From positions 40,657,329 through 40,721,328 of the forward strand of contig NC_068994.1 in NCBI RefSeq assembly GCF_001194135.2: DNA of 64,000 nt. Reading direction: 5' to 3'. The stretch is from Octopus bimaculoides. Lineage: Eukaryota. Position numbers and translations under genes: made by a program. The notes beneath the pieces were generated by a model. That model ran no database searches. It worked only from the letters and a program-made list of their open reading frames with translations, and was not told the DNA's origin. Positions 25,194 through 38,567 of this stretch are shown piece after piece (the first letter of the stretch is position 1; every line of letters starts with the position of its first letter).

Positions 25194-28147
25194 NNNNNNN
25201 NNNNNNNNNNNNNNNNNNNNNNNNNNNNNNNNNNNNNNNNNNNNNNNNNNNNNNNNNNNNNNNNNNNNNNNNNNNNNNNNNNNNNNNNNNNNNNNNNNNN
25301 NNNNNNNNNNNNNNNNNNNNNNNNNNNNNNNNNNNNNNNNNNNNNNNNNNNNNNNNNNNNNNNNNNNNNNNNNNNNNNNNNNNNNNNNNNNNNNNNNNNN
25401 NNNNNNNNNNNNNNNNNNNNNNNNNNNNNNNNNNNNNNNNNNNNNNNNNNNNNNNNNNNNNNNNNNNNNNNNNNNNNNNNNNNNNNNNNNNNNNNNNNNN
25501 NNNNNNNNNNNNNNNNNNNNNNNNNNNNNNNNNNNNNNNNNNNNNNNNNNNNNNNNNNNNNNNNNNNNNNNNNNNNNNNNNNNNNNNNNNNNNNNNNNNN
25601 NNNNNNNNNNNNNNNNNNNNNNNNNNNNNNNNNNNNNNNNNNNNNNNNNNNNNNNNNNNNNNNNNNNNNNNNNNNNNNNNNNNNNNNNNNNNNNNNNNNN
25701 NNNNNNNNNNNNNNNNNNNNNNNNNNNNNNNNNNNNNNNNNNNNNNNNNNNNNNNNNNNNNNNNNNNNNNNNNNNNNNNNNNNNNNNNNNNNNNNNNNNN
25801 NNNNNNNNNNNNNNNNNNNNNNNNNNNNNNNNNNNNNNNNNNNNNNNNNNNNNNNNNNNNNNNNNNNNNNNNNNNNNNNNNNNNNNNNNNNNNNNNNNNN
25901 NNNNNNNNNNNNNNNNNNNNNNNNNNNNNNNNNNNNNNNNNNNNNNNNNNNNNNNNNNNNNNNNNNNNNNNNNNNNNNNNNNNNNNNNNNNNNNNNNATA
26001 TATGTATATCATTTGTATATATATATATGATAAAAGTTTACCTTTTATGCTGTTGCAAATACATAACATTTTTCATTTAAAAAGAAAACATTTAGATAGA
26101 GGAAATAAGACTTGAGTAAAAGTTAATGTCAAAGTTATTCAAATGAAGATAGTGTGTGCAAATGTGAATATTTTTGTGTATGTGTGTCTGTGTGTGCATG
26201 TGGTCTGTGTCTCTGTACATGTGTTTGTGTGTGTGTATGTGTGTGTGAGTATACATATGGGTGAGTGAACAGGTATTTTGGTTCCAGGGTCTAAAAGTGT
26301 TTATCGGTATACGCATGAAAGTTTTATATGTGTGTGCTTGTTGGTCTTTATTTGCAATTGAATTCACACGAAAAATATATGTTAGTGTATGTGTGTGAGT
26401 GTGTAGATGCATATGTGTGTGGGTATGAGTGTGTTTGTACATACTCATGCTAATCACTAATGAAATATTTACAATATTCCATAATTAATAACATTTCATT
26501 ATCTATTCCAAGTTACCCAATGATAATAAAGAATACAGAAAAATGAATTTTTGCATATATTTTTGTATTGCTTTTTATAAATTTTCCATTTTTATAAAAA
26601 AATATTCTTTGGGTATTCTTTGAAGTTTTGTTGTCTCTATAGATTTGCTTTAAAAAAATGCTGATATTCATTATTTTTGTACATCTTTATACACATTCGT
26701 TGACACAAAAATAGTTGTATGGTTTAGAGGTTTGCTCCACAACTATGTGGTGTATGGGTTTGAACATACTGCAAGGCACTTTGGGAAAATATTTTCTACC
26801 ATACCTTAAATTCGAATTCTCGAACAATATTTTGTAAGTAGAATTTCATGCAAGAAAACTGAGGATAATGTGCTGAATTTGATAAGATTGAACTTAAAAT
26901 AAATTTTAATATGCACACACACACACACATATGTGCTTGTATGTGTACAGTGTGTGCACATGTTTGTGTGTATGTGTGCACATGTTTGAGTGAGTGTGTG
27001 TGTAGATGGGCATTTAACTTTCATTCACGTACAGAGATGAAGGTTATAAACATTGGTGAGTAAAGCAGATAACAATTGGTATATGAATAAAGTGAATTAA
27101 GATATATGTTGCACATTGGGGTACAGCCACTTCCTTGCTATTCCCACATTCAGAAATACAACAAACCAACTTCTGGCATGTTGTTGACTTGTAACTTACA
27201 TTGCTGTTGTTTGTAAGTCACTAATATATACTTTTTTAACAAGCTCACTGGCTAATAGCAACACCAACACCTGTTCTGGCACTGTTCTTCTATATATTAC
27301 TAGCAGGGAGATGAAGCGTTGCTATCTCTAGCAGTTCAGCATCTATCATTGACAACACCAAGGAAGGTCGAAATCACGTGATCTGGTAGTCTTGGTGCTG
27401 GAGGTGGTAGGAATTTATGTTCTCCCAAGCAATATAAACAAGAGCGCATTTTGCAGTAAACGCTTATATGAAAGATTCTCACATGTTAACTACCACAGTA
27501 TAGTTTGTTCTAACAGAACATCTACTTTTAAGTGAGGATAAATATTATCTCTTGGTATTAATACTGCCTCTGTCACTACTATATATTATTTAGTAAGTTG
27601 TAATATACAACGAAGAAAGATTTGGTTAAGTATAATGGTGTATTTGGAGTGTATGTCAATTTCTAAATTATTTTAACTTGGGTGCCAATATTTTATCTTT
27701 TCCATTCCAATAAACCATTGTTGATTTACTATTGGTGGAAGCTTCAGCATGCTGTTACTAACTTGATTATCACTGACTATAGACAAGGCTGTGAGTATCA
27801 TATAACAGTATTATAGGCCTAAAAGCAAAGCACTGCACTAGAGCCTATAGTATTTAGTTATTGAAAACAAGACATAGCATATATAGATCAACATATAAGG
27901 TCCCCTATGCCTATAAGGTCTGTGAGCCATGGACTAGTGTGCTTATACCTTAAAACAGCATAGACCATAGAGTTACTTGCCCATAATGATCAGCTGTGAG
28001 TTGGATAGGTTGCTCTTGTGTTTGTGAGATTAGCCCTGGTTATTGACACCTTGGTTGAATTTAAACTCCGAAAGCCAATTATATGTACTATGAAGTATAT
28101 CATACTATTTTGAAAATAATTCTGCTGATCAACATCCACTCCCCTAG

Positions 28148-28291
28148 AAATGGTGTTTTATCGATGTCAAATTGCTGAATGGTAAAGCTGACCTTGAGGA
28201 GATTTTGAGCGTAGAGAGCTGGAAGAATACCACAAAATATTATGTCCACCACTCTTATGATTCTGCCAATTCTTGGTTTGTACATTCATAG
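28148..28291 (+). CDS. Candidate exon, unidentified (KWCFIDVKLLNGKADLEEILSVESWKNTTKYYVHHSYDSANSW...)
   Basis: Acceptor catccactcccctag; 47 open codons to TAG; only weak internal donors. Overlaps an antisense candidate. Confidence 0.2.
   Translation, partial: KWCFIDVKLLNGKADLEEILSVESWKNTTKYYVHHSYDSANSWFVHS
28193..28291 (-). CDS. Candidate 99-nt exon, phase 1-1 (MNVQTKNWQNHKSGGHNILWYSSSSLRSKSPQ)
   Basis: Very strong acceptor ttttttttcctttttgcctag; donor AAG|gtcagc. Confidence 0.25.
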
Positions 28292-29550
28292 CTAGGCAAA
28301 AAGGAAAAAAAATTGTTTTTGTTTCTTTCCAAAACTGGAACTCAAGGATTGCTGCAGAATGCCAGACACGAAGGAAAAAATCAGCAAAAAAGGACAAAAA
28401 AAAAAAAAAAAAAAAAAAAGAACATGAACAATTTTGAGATTGAATAGAAATGATTTTATTTTCATATATTAATATAAATTTGTTGTGAGCTGTATATATA
28501 CTCTTATGCATGTATCTTAGAATACACACATGCACACAAACACACACACGTACATACACTCCATGCACACACATACACACCATACACATGCACATGTGCA
28601 CAAACACACACACACACACACACACCACATCTATACACATACACATATATAATTCAGTGTTTCATGTTCAGTGCAAATTTATTGGCTGTAATAGGCATGA
28701 ATGAGTGTGCATGTATGTATATGTATTTACGTGTGTGCATGTATGTATATGTATTTACGTGTGTGCATGTATATATGTGTGAGTGTGTATATAAGTCTCT
28801 ATGACTATATATCTATACTCAAATATATACATATATCTATATATCTTTATCTATATATACATTATGTACACAAACACATACACTCATACTTATATGTACA
28901 TACACTTACAGGTGTGTGTATGTGTGTGCGCATGTATTTATATTCTACCTGTACTATCACATATTCCAGAGATATGAGATTATACCTCTAGGTGTACAAA
29001 GGTGTACAATAATTATTTATATTTACAGATATGCAGACATAGACATGCATATACACATGCATGTGCATGCACACAGAACATGTGAATGTACATACATATA
29101 TGTGTATGTGTGTATGTGTCAACATGAAACTCAGAGTAGTGATGGAGGGAATAGCCAGCCTCTTACACATAATTACTTACAAGATACCTTGAGTACATTT
29201 TCACTTGCTTGTGTAATAAAAGAAAAAAAATAAATCTTAATACCGTTATATATNNNNNNNNNNNNNNNNNNNNNNNNNNNNNNNNNNNNNNNNNNNNNNN
29301 NNNNNNNNNNNNNNNNNNNNNNNNNNNNNNNNNNNNNNNNNNNNNNNNNNNNNNNNNNNNNNNNNNNNNNNNNNNNNNNNNNNNNNNNNNNNNNNNNNNN
29401 NNNNNNNNNNNNNNNNNNNNNNNNNNNNNNNNNNNNNNNNNNNNNNNNNNNNNNNNNNNNNNNNNNNNNNNNNNNNNNNNNNNNNNNNNNNNNNNNNNNN
29501 NNNNNNNNNNNNNNNNNNNNNNNNNNNNNNNNNNNNNNNNNNNNNNNNNN

Positions 29551-29589
<39 letters not shown>

Positions 29590-29594
<5 letters not shown>

Positions 29595-30894
29595 TGGGTG
29601 GAAATTAACTAGGCATTAGAAATTGGTTGTAGAATTTTTAGTATCACTGCTGTCATGACAAAAACATTTTTTTAAAGCAGACAACACTAATGGGAACTTC
29701 TTATTTTCTTATTGTCTTATTTCTTATTTCTTATTTTCCAGATGGCCAGTTGCTTGACTGTTCAGAAGCGAGCTAAGATAGCAGCACACTATGAAGTGTG
29801 GGATTCCATTGTTTTGGTTCAGAGATGGTGGCGTGCATGGAAAGTTAAGCATGCAACACTATGCCTGGAGACAATCAGAAATTGTCATCCAAAGCTGATG
29901 ACCACAGGCTCTGTAAACGATGCAAGAAGTGGCCATCCAACGACATCCCACTCAGTGGAGAATGTGGCAACAGTGCGGGAAATATTTAATCATAGCCCAC
30001 AGAAATCAGCATATCAAGCATCTTGTGAAAGTGGACTAACAAGACACACAATATGTATAGGTGTTGCATAAAGGATTGAATTTTTGTGTGTGGAAATGCT
30101 ATAACATACAGGAGCTAAAACTTGAAGGCTGTGACTACAATATGGAATAGGGAATATGGAGACTTAATGCTAGGTTGGCATGAAGATTGGCCTGAATTAT
30201 TTGAAAACATCAACTGGAGTGACAAGGCTGTATTCCATGTTGGTGGTTTCATCTGCCGTTACTGAGCATTATGTGATAAGGATCCAAAGATGATAGTTGA
30301 GAGGATGCAAGCTCAACCAAAAGTGACAGTGTGGAGCAGAATGATGATAACAAGAGTTATCAGCCCATATCTTCTGTGTGACACCATGAATACAGACTGC
30401 TATTTTCAGATGCTCGAAAATTACATGTGACCCACGGTGTCTAGCTGGGATAACATTGATGACTTGATTTTCATGCAGGATGGTGCACCACCCCATTTTG
30501 CTCTTACTGTGCAGGCACAGTTAGACCAAACCTTCCTAGGATAATGCAGACCTCATGAATGGCCTCCAAGAAGTCCAGATATCATTCCATGTGATATTTA
30601 CCTGTGGGGTTAAACAAAAGAGGTGTAGAAGACAAAACCTTACACACTGGAGGACTTGGAGACACAGATTCAGGAGGTTCTCAATGATATCGCAGACAAC
30701 ACCCTTCAGAAGGCTGTTCATTCCATCCCTGGCCATTTGAGGAAACTAGTTGACACCACTGGTGCTTACATTGAAATATGAAGATATACTTTCATTTTCC
30801 CATGTAATAAAGAACATGTATAATTTGTTTCAATAAATTTGTAAAAGGAATATGGATTTTATTGTTGATTTTTAATGCCTACTTACTTTTCACC

Positions 30895-30901
<7 letters not shown>
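29590..30901 (+). mobile_element. Full-length decayed Tc1/mariner DNA transposon (rosa/DD41D-like), about 1.31 kb
   Basis: Imperfect TIRs: left CAGAGTGGGTGGAAATTAACTAGGCATTAGAAAT, right (reverse complement) TAGAATGGGTGAAAAGTAAGTAGGCATTAAAAAT. Embedded in (TA)n; contains a transposase remnant. Confidence 0.92.
29742..30781 (+). pseudogene. Transposase pseudogene: N-terminal HTH region plus DDD catalytic domain
   Basis: MASCLTVQKRAKIAAHYEVWDSIVLVQRWWR...TGSVNDARSGHPTTSHSVENVATVREIF; NWSDKAVFHVGG; FMQDGAPPHF; EWPPRSPDIIPCDIYLWG; ...GAYIEI*. Multiple stops and frameshifts. Confidence 0.92.
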
Positions 30902-30952
<51 letters not shown>

Positions 30953-31088
30953 ATACATACATAAATATATATATATATATACATAAATATATATATATAT
31001 ACACATATATACACATACATACATATATATATATACACTCATATATATAAATGTATATATACAATACATATCTATCTATCTATCTATA

Positions 31089-31125
<37 letters not shown>

Positions 31126-31210
31126 CAATATACATATACACACACATATATATTCATGTACACATATCTATATGTATGTATTTACGTATGTATGTATGTA
31201 TGTATATACC
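30901..31210. repeat. (TA)n/(CATA)n/(TATC)n microsatellite
   Basis: Directly visible. Confidence 0.95.
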
Positions 31211-31807
31211 TACATATATCACATGTACCACAGGGAGAGAGGGAGAGAATGAGAGACAAGGAGATGTGCATATCATGGGATAGATGATGTGCTGAATTCT
31301 CTGATGTTCATATATATATGAAGAAATATTAAACATTATACTGATGTAAGTAGGATGGAAAATAAATAATAAACTTGCTAACAAGACCAAATTAATTATC
31401 AAGTATTTTCTGAATGACTAGAACTTTAACTGAAATTTTTAAGTCCATAAGGATCTGGTTCATTTGACATGTAGTTAAATCACCATCGTCTTAACAGCTA
31501 ACAGTATGGAAAACTATTTCACTTTGACTCAACGATTTCAATATGAACTAATTCAATAAATATAAACATAAATTAGCAAAAAAATATTTTTTTAAAAATA
31601 TAAATGTTTGATGATTATTCTAATATGAGGTTGAAAGATATGTTTTAAAAATTTGGTTAAATAGTATAGAAAGTGAATTTTAGGAAGAGCAGGAGGTAGA
31701 GTCAGAGTAATAATAATTGCAATGCAGTTACCTAGCTGGGATATTTATGTACTCTGTGTCCTGTCAGTGAGTTGGTGAAATGGGATTAACTCTTGTAAGT
31801 ATACATA

Positions 31808-31840
<33 letters not shown>

Positions 31841-32312
31841 NNNNNNNNNNNNNNNNNNNNNNNNNNNNNNNNNNNNNNNNNNNNNNNNNNNNNNNNNNNN
31901 NNNNNNNNNNNNNNNNNNNNNNNNNNNNNNNNNNNNNNNNNNNNNNNNNNNNNNNNNNNNNNNNNNNNNNNNNNNNNNNNNNNNNNNNNNNNNNNNNNNN
32001 NNNNNNNNNNNNNNNNNNNNNNNNNNNNNNNNNNNNNNNNNNNNNNNNNNNNNNNNNNNNNNNNNNNNNNNNNNNNNNNNNNNNNNNNNNNNNNNNNNNN
32101 NNNNNNNNNNNNNNNNNNNNNNNNNNNNNNNNNNNNNNNNNNNNNNNNNNNNNNNNNNNNNNNNNNNNNNNNNNNNNNNNNNNNNNNNNNNNNNNNNNNN
32201 NNNNNNNNNNNNNNNNNNNNNNNNNNNNNNNNNNNNNNNNNNNNNNNNNNNNNNNNNNNNNNNNNNNNNNNNNNNNNNNNNNNNNNNNNNNNNNNNNNNN
32301 NNNNNNNNNNNN

Positions 32313-32369
<57 letters not shown>

Positions 32370-33269
32370 GGAGAGAGATTGAGAGAGTGAGAGAGAAACA
32401 TGATCTAACTGAAGGTATTGTGTAAAACTCATGCACACAGATGTTCATAAGAAATACAAGACTGTGTGCATGTATGTTTTATGTTATTGAAAGGAGTGTA
32501 TATAATTTGTTCATACATGTACATGTGCGAATGAAATATCTTTGTATATGTGTTTTAGATGTTTTAAGAGAGCAGAACATTTTTCAGTCAGGTAACAACC
32601 TATCAATATAAAAAAAAATACATAAATGTTTTTCACATACCATTTGATAAATAAATAGTTATAGACACATGCTCTGTTCTCTCCCTCACTCCCTCTCTCC
32701 CTCTGTCTGTCTCTGTAACTATCTATCTATCTCACATACTAGACTCACACATATACTTAAAGAAGAAAATTCACTGATTCGTGTTGAAATATATATATAT
32801 ATATAAACATACACTTACATACATATGCATGAATATGTATGTGTATTTAAACAATAAAAATATAATGTTGAGGCATTTTAAATCCACATTTTCTTTTATT
32901 TATTTTAAATTTAATACTCATATTATACACTTTTTTTTTCTTTTTCAGCTAGAATCTACACTATATTTTTATCTCATTCTCTTCTCTTTGACAATTTTTC
33001 TCCTCAGTTTTTTAATCGTATTTATATTTTTACATCTATGTTACTGCACTTTTTACCGGTTTCCATTTGTTTCTGAGGTTTTTCTCCTCTTCCTTGCACA
33101 CACACGCAAGTGTTTGTGTTTGTATTTTATGTATGTATCCATGTATGTATGTTTGTATATATAAGTACATATATATATATATTTGTATATACATAGAAGT
33201 ATATAATATATATTCATATATATATATACATATATATATGCATGTATATATACATCTAAGGATATATAA

Positions 33270-33325
<56 letters not shown>

Positions 33326-33884
33326 GTGTATATAAAACTGTGTGTGTGTTTAGATGTGTGTTTGTCTGCATTTAAGGATTGTGTAAAAGTTGTGTTTGTG
33401 AGTGGTATGTTTAAAATTCTTTTTCTTTTCTTCATTTTTTTCAATGGGGTTCATACATTTTGTTTGTTTAGTTAACACTTCTTTTATTCCTTTTGTTGCC
33501 CAATGAACTTTGCTGGTGAAGTGGAGAAAAATTCCGAGGCTGAGCTGATGTAGTGTATGCATATGTAGTAGTGTATGAATAGGTGTATATGTTGTTAGGT
33601 GTATAGTAATATGTGTAGTTATATATCTAGTTGCATGAGTAGGTGCTTTTGTAGTTGTGTATATATGTATATAGTAGTAAGTGTGTAATTGCATACTTAT
33701 ATGTATGAAGTTGTTATATGATACACACATATGCATGATGTATATGTGTGATGCGTGAGATGTAAGCGTATGATGTATAGTGTGTGCTATGTAGGCAGCT
33801 AGGAGGGAATGATGAGAAGCAATGGAATAATTTCACATCAACAAAAATGCAATAAAATCTATGCATATAAATGCATACTCACAT

Positions 33885-33960
<76 letters not shown>

Positions 33961-34145
33961 GTATATATGTATATATATACATATCTATATACATGTATAT
34001 GTATTTTTGTATATATGTGCAATGTATGCGTTTATATGCATAGATTTTATTGCATTTATATATATACATATATATGTATGCATATATATGTGTGTGTCTA
34101 TGCATACACACATACACATACGTATATACATATATATATGTGTGC

Positions 34146-34184
<39 letters not shown>

Positions 34185-34479
34185 TATCTTATTTGCTTGT
34201 TTGTTTAATGCACATCAAATGCAACGGCACGCACTCAGTTGATGGATTATTGCAAGTATTTCTACAGAACTGATATCCATTCCAATATATATTGGTGTCT
34301 TTTCGTGTGAGAGTGTCTGTCAGTATACATTGGTGTGTTGATGCTGGCATTGTGCATCGGTGGGATTATATATGTGTGCTGTGTGTGCTTTCTCTTTCTT
34401 CTCTCGATATCCTCTATCTTTTTTTTTTCCTTTCTTTGCTTTGTTTCTTTTTTTTGTAGCATGTGTTATTTCTTTTGTT

Positions 34480-36490
34480 ATGCTATTGTTATTAATGTTA
34501 GTGCTACTGATGTCACTGTTGTTGTTGTTGTTATTGGTGGTGGTGGCGGTGGTAGTGGTGGTTGTGGCGGTAGCAGTGCTGCTGCTGTTGCTTGTTGTTG
34601 TTGAAGAAGATAATTTTGTGGTGATTTTAGTAGTTGTTTTTTCCTCGATGTTTGTTAGTAATAATGATGATAATGGTAGTTGTTATTGTTTCCACTGATA
34701 ATTTCATTGCATTTTGTTGTTGTTGCTGTTATGGGAGTGTTTCCTATTGTTTTTAATGTTTTAGCTTTGACAATTGTTATTGCCGATGTTCATATTGATA
34801 ATGTAATTATTGTTGCTGCTTATAATATTGTAATTATTATTATAGAAGCTGATAATGCGTTTTATTGATGGGGTTGCAGATAATATGATTATGGTTAATG
34901 TTATTGTTGATTGTGTTGTGATTGTTGCTGGTGGTGATGGATGTGTGATTGTTGTTGCTGTTATTGTTGTATTTGTTGTTGCTGCTGCTGTGATAATGTT
35001 GATATTGTTGTTGTAGATGATAATGTTGTATTTGTTGTTGCTGCTGCNNNNNNNNNNNNNNNNNNNNNNNNNNNNNNNNNNNNNNNNNNNNNNNNNNNNN
35101 NNNNNNNNNNNNNNNNNNNNNNNNNNNNNNNNNNNNNNNNNNNNNNNNNNNNNNNNNNNNNNNNNNNNNNNNNNNNNNNNNNNNNNNNNNNNNNNNNNNN
35201 NNNNNNNNNNNNNNNNNNNNNNNNNNNNNNNNNNNNNNNNNNNNNNNNNNNNNNNNNNNNNNNNNNNNNNNNNNNNNNNNNNNNNNNNNNNNNNNNNNNN
35301 NNNNNNNNNNNNNNNNNNNNNNNNNNNNNNNNNNNNNNNNNNNNNNNNNNNNNNNNNNNNNNNNNNNNNNNNNNNNNNNNNNNNNNNNNNNNNNNNNNNN
35401 NNNNNNNNNNNNNNNNNNNNNNNNNNNNNNNNNNNNNNNNNNNNNNNNNNNNNNNNNNNNNNNNNNNNNNNNNNNNNNNNNNNNNNNNNNNNNNNNNNNN
35501 NNNNNNNNNNNNNNNNNNNNNNNNNNNNNNNNNNNNNNNNNNNNNNNNNNNNNNNNNNNNNNNNNNNNNNNNNNNNNNNNNNNNNNNNNNNNNNNNNNNN
35601 NNNNNNNNNNNNNNNNNNNNNNNNNNNNNNNNNNNNNNNNNNNNNNNNNNNNNNNNNNNNNNNNNNNNNNNNNNNNNNNNNNNNNNNNNNNNNNNNNNNN
35701 NNNNNNNNNNNNNNNNNNNNNNNNNNNNNNNNNNNNNNNNNNNNNNNNNNNNNNNNNNNNNNNNNNNNNNNNNNNNNNNNNNNNNNNNNNNNNNNNNNNN
35801 NNNNNNNNNNNNNNNNNNNNNNNNNNNNNNNNNNNNNNNNNNNNNNNNNNNNNNNNNNNNNNNNNNNNNNNNNNNNNNNNNNNNNNNNNNNNNNNNNNNN
35901 NNNNNNNNNNNNNNNNNNNNNNNNNNNNNNNNNNNNNNNNNNNNNNNNNNNNNTGTTGTTGTTGTTGTTATTGGTGGTGGTGGCGGTGGTAGTGGTGGTT
36001 GTGGCGGTAGCAGTGCTGCTGCTGTTGCTTGTTGTTGTTGAAGAAGATAATTTTGTGGTGATTTTAGTAGTTGTTTTTTCCTCGATGTTTGTTAGTAATA
36101 ATGATGATAATGGTAGTTGTTATTGTTTCCACTGATAATTTCATTGCATTTTGTTGTTGTCATTGTTTAGCCCCAGGTCAACCTTTAAGTAGACATATAA
36201 AAGAAAACATTACAGCTATGATCATCTTGTTGTTCTTATCTTTTGAGGTATTGTGTATCTTGGATCATAGTATGCAATTTGTACTCTGTTTTTCTTTTTA
36301 AACAGTTGCATTTGATATGAAGAAAGTTTTGCTGCTGTTTTTAGCATGTAAAGAGTCTACATACAGGGATCCCACATCAGCTGGATTATCATGGTTGTTG
36401 TTGCTGTTGCTGTCAGTGATATCAATATTGTTGTTATTATAGTCATTGATAATGTTGTTGGTGTTGATGAGAATGATGTTTGTCACATTG
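34480..36490. repeat. (GTT/GCT/GGT) low-complexity region spanning a gap, with an exact 207-bp duplication (34517-34723 = 35954-36160)
   Basis: Base-by-base comparison shows identity on both sides of the N gap. Confidence 0.9.
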
Positions 36491-36708
36491 GAGTTTCTTG
36501 TATAAATTCCAGAAAAACAAATTCTTTTAATGTTTTTTATATTGGTATATCTATTTGAATTATATGGTTTTTAATATTCATTTTTTAATATGCTAATCTC
36601 ACAGAATCAATATTTTTATTGTTCATTTATTGGCTCTTGATCACAATATATTACCACACTTATCATCTTGGGAATGTGTGTTGACACATCGATACACTTT
36701 CCAATTTA

Positions 36709-36754
<46 letters not shown>

Positions 36755-37154
36755 AGTGTGTATATACATATATACATAAATACATAAATACATGTATATA
36801 TTTTTGATATCACCTTGGGAGTGTGTGTTGATATATCAACATACTTTTAAACATGTGTGTGTATATGTGTACATACATAGCTAATATGTGTGTGCATATA
36901 CATATATATAAATATCTATATCTATGTATATAAAATCATATCAACACACACACACACACACACATGTATATGTATATATACACATACGNNNNNNNNNNNN
37001 NNNNNNNNNNNNNNNNNNNNNNNNNNNNNNNNNNNNNNNNNNNNNNNNNNNNNNNNNNNNNNNNNNNNNNNNNNNNNNNNNNNNNNNNNNNNNNNNNNNN
37101 NNNNNNNNNNNNNNNNNNNNNNNNNNNNNNNNNNNNNNNNNNNNNNNNNNNNNN

Positions 37155-37192
<38 letters not shown>

Positions 37193-37372
37193 ACACACAC
37201 ACACACATATATGTATACACATACATTATTCACACACAAACATAAAGTTCACCAACATCACCATCTTTCCTTACTGTAAGCGCTACACACATACACACAC
37301 GCATACACATACACATCAATAGGGCTAAATAAGTGATTTGATAACTCTCAGAGAACATTTTGTACTGCTTAT

Positions 37373-37638
37373 TTATGGTACTGCAGGTAGAGGTTTGGTA
37401 AATGAGGTGAAACTGTTCTTTGAAGGCAAATTCCATTGCTGTGTTGAAATATTTTGATTGTCACTCTCATCTACTGTTGATTTGGGAAGAAGTGCAAGTT
37501 TGCTGGTAATGTTCTGATCAGGCTTTGCTTGAGAGGAGCTGCTGATACTATTGTTAATTTCTTTACATCGGTTGAATATCTGCGGTATAGGTTTCTTACC
37601 GGTACTCCATAGTTGTTTGCCAAGACTTGATTTCGGAT
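37373..37638 (-). CDS. Candidate coding exon, Ser/Gln/Asn-rich, unidentified (DPKSSLGKQLWSTGKKPIPQIF...KPLPAVP*), or a 39-nt internal exon 37638-37600
   Basis: Acceptor ttttcctcag; strong internal donor CCG|gtaaga; ORF open to 37373. A second acceptor (ttctttaatccag, exon start 37727) opens a different overlapping frame. Unique, non-repeat sequence. Confidence 0.4.
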
Positions 37639-38431
37639 CTGAGGAAAACGGGTAATACAAAATATATTTGTGGAGGAATACTCAGTTGATATCATGTGGG
37701 TATCACTTGATATCATCATTCTGGAGCCTGGATTAAAGAATACAATATGTATATCAAAGAATATTAAGATTTTGAAAGTGATTCAAACCTGAACTCTTGA
37801 TCAACATAAGCAGTGCCAGATTAAGGCATGAACATTAGAGCATTACAGTCTTCAGGGAAGATTTGTAACATTAGGGCCTTGAATGAAGGTTGGGATTTTA
37901 GCGTTTATGATTGTTAGGTCATGGCTTTCATCCACAGACCTGGCAGAGTACTGAGTTCTGAAACAAGACACTTCATTTCATTTTCTAGTATATTTGAATG
38001 AAAGTGAGTATTAGTGTCTCTGTAACTGTCACATTCTGGGTGGAGTTTCGTAGTCTTGTACTCTCAGCCTAAATATCTCAAAAATGCAGATAAACTCCAG
38101 CCTAATGAATCTATTGGTTTGAAGCAGATTTAAAAGTTTCAACCCAGGAGCATCCACCAGCTGGAGGATCTGCAGAGTTTCAATGAAAAGTTACCAAATT
38201 TATCACTAGAGGAATGACAGTATTTCATAGCCCAGTACCTACAAAATCTTAATCCGGCTCTGCACACAAGATGTTAGAGTTCAAGCCTTGTTATTTCTTC
38301 TATTTCAACAAGGTTGAAAGGTTAAGATTTTTTTCTTTTTTATTTTTTCCTATTTTGTTTAGAAAATTTTCTATGAGCACAAAGTAACAATATCTTTGGG
38401 TCATATAATATTAATAAGTTTCTTTTGGAAG

Positions 38432-38567
38432 AGATTATTATGCAATCATAATAGAGTTGTCAAATGGTGATATCAAAGTTAAGGATGATGAAGCTTGTAA
38501 GGAATTTGAACAGAAACTCATTAAAATACCATTTATAAGCTGTCTTATTCTGGATAGATTTGCTGTG
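38432..38567 (+). CDS. Candidate exon, unidentified (DYYAIIIELSNGDIKVKDDEACKEFEQKLIKIPFISCLILDRFAV)
   Basis: Donor GTG|gtatgt; acceptor tttcttttggaag (or aataag, exon start 38419); 45 open codons with globular-protein-like composition. Confidence 0.35.

Noticed and set aside
27240-27520. GC-richer segment suspected to be Helitron or LINE coding sequence
   Set aside because: All frames examined are interrupted and no diagnostic motif was found.
28700-28775. 28-bp tandem repeat (also ~25-bp GA-rich units at 54690-54770 and the 39-bp array at 5666) considered as CRISPR-like arrays
   Set aside because: Contiguous units without unique spacers, no cas genes and a eukaryotic context; these are ordinary minisatellites.
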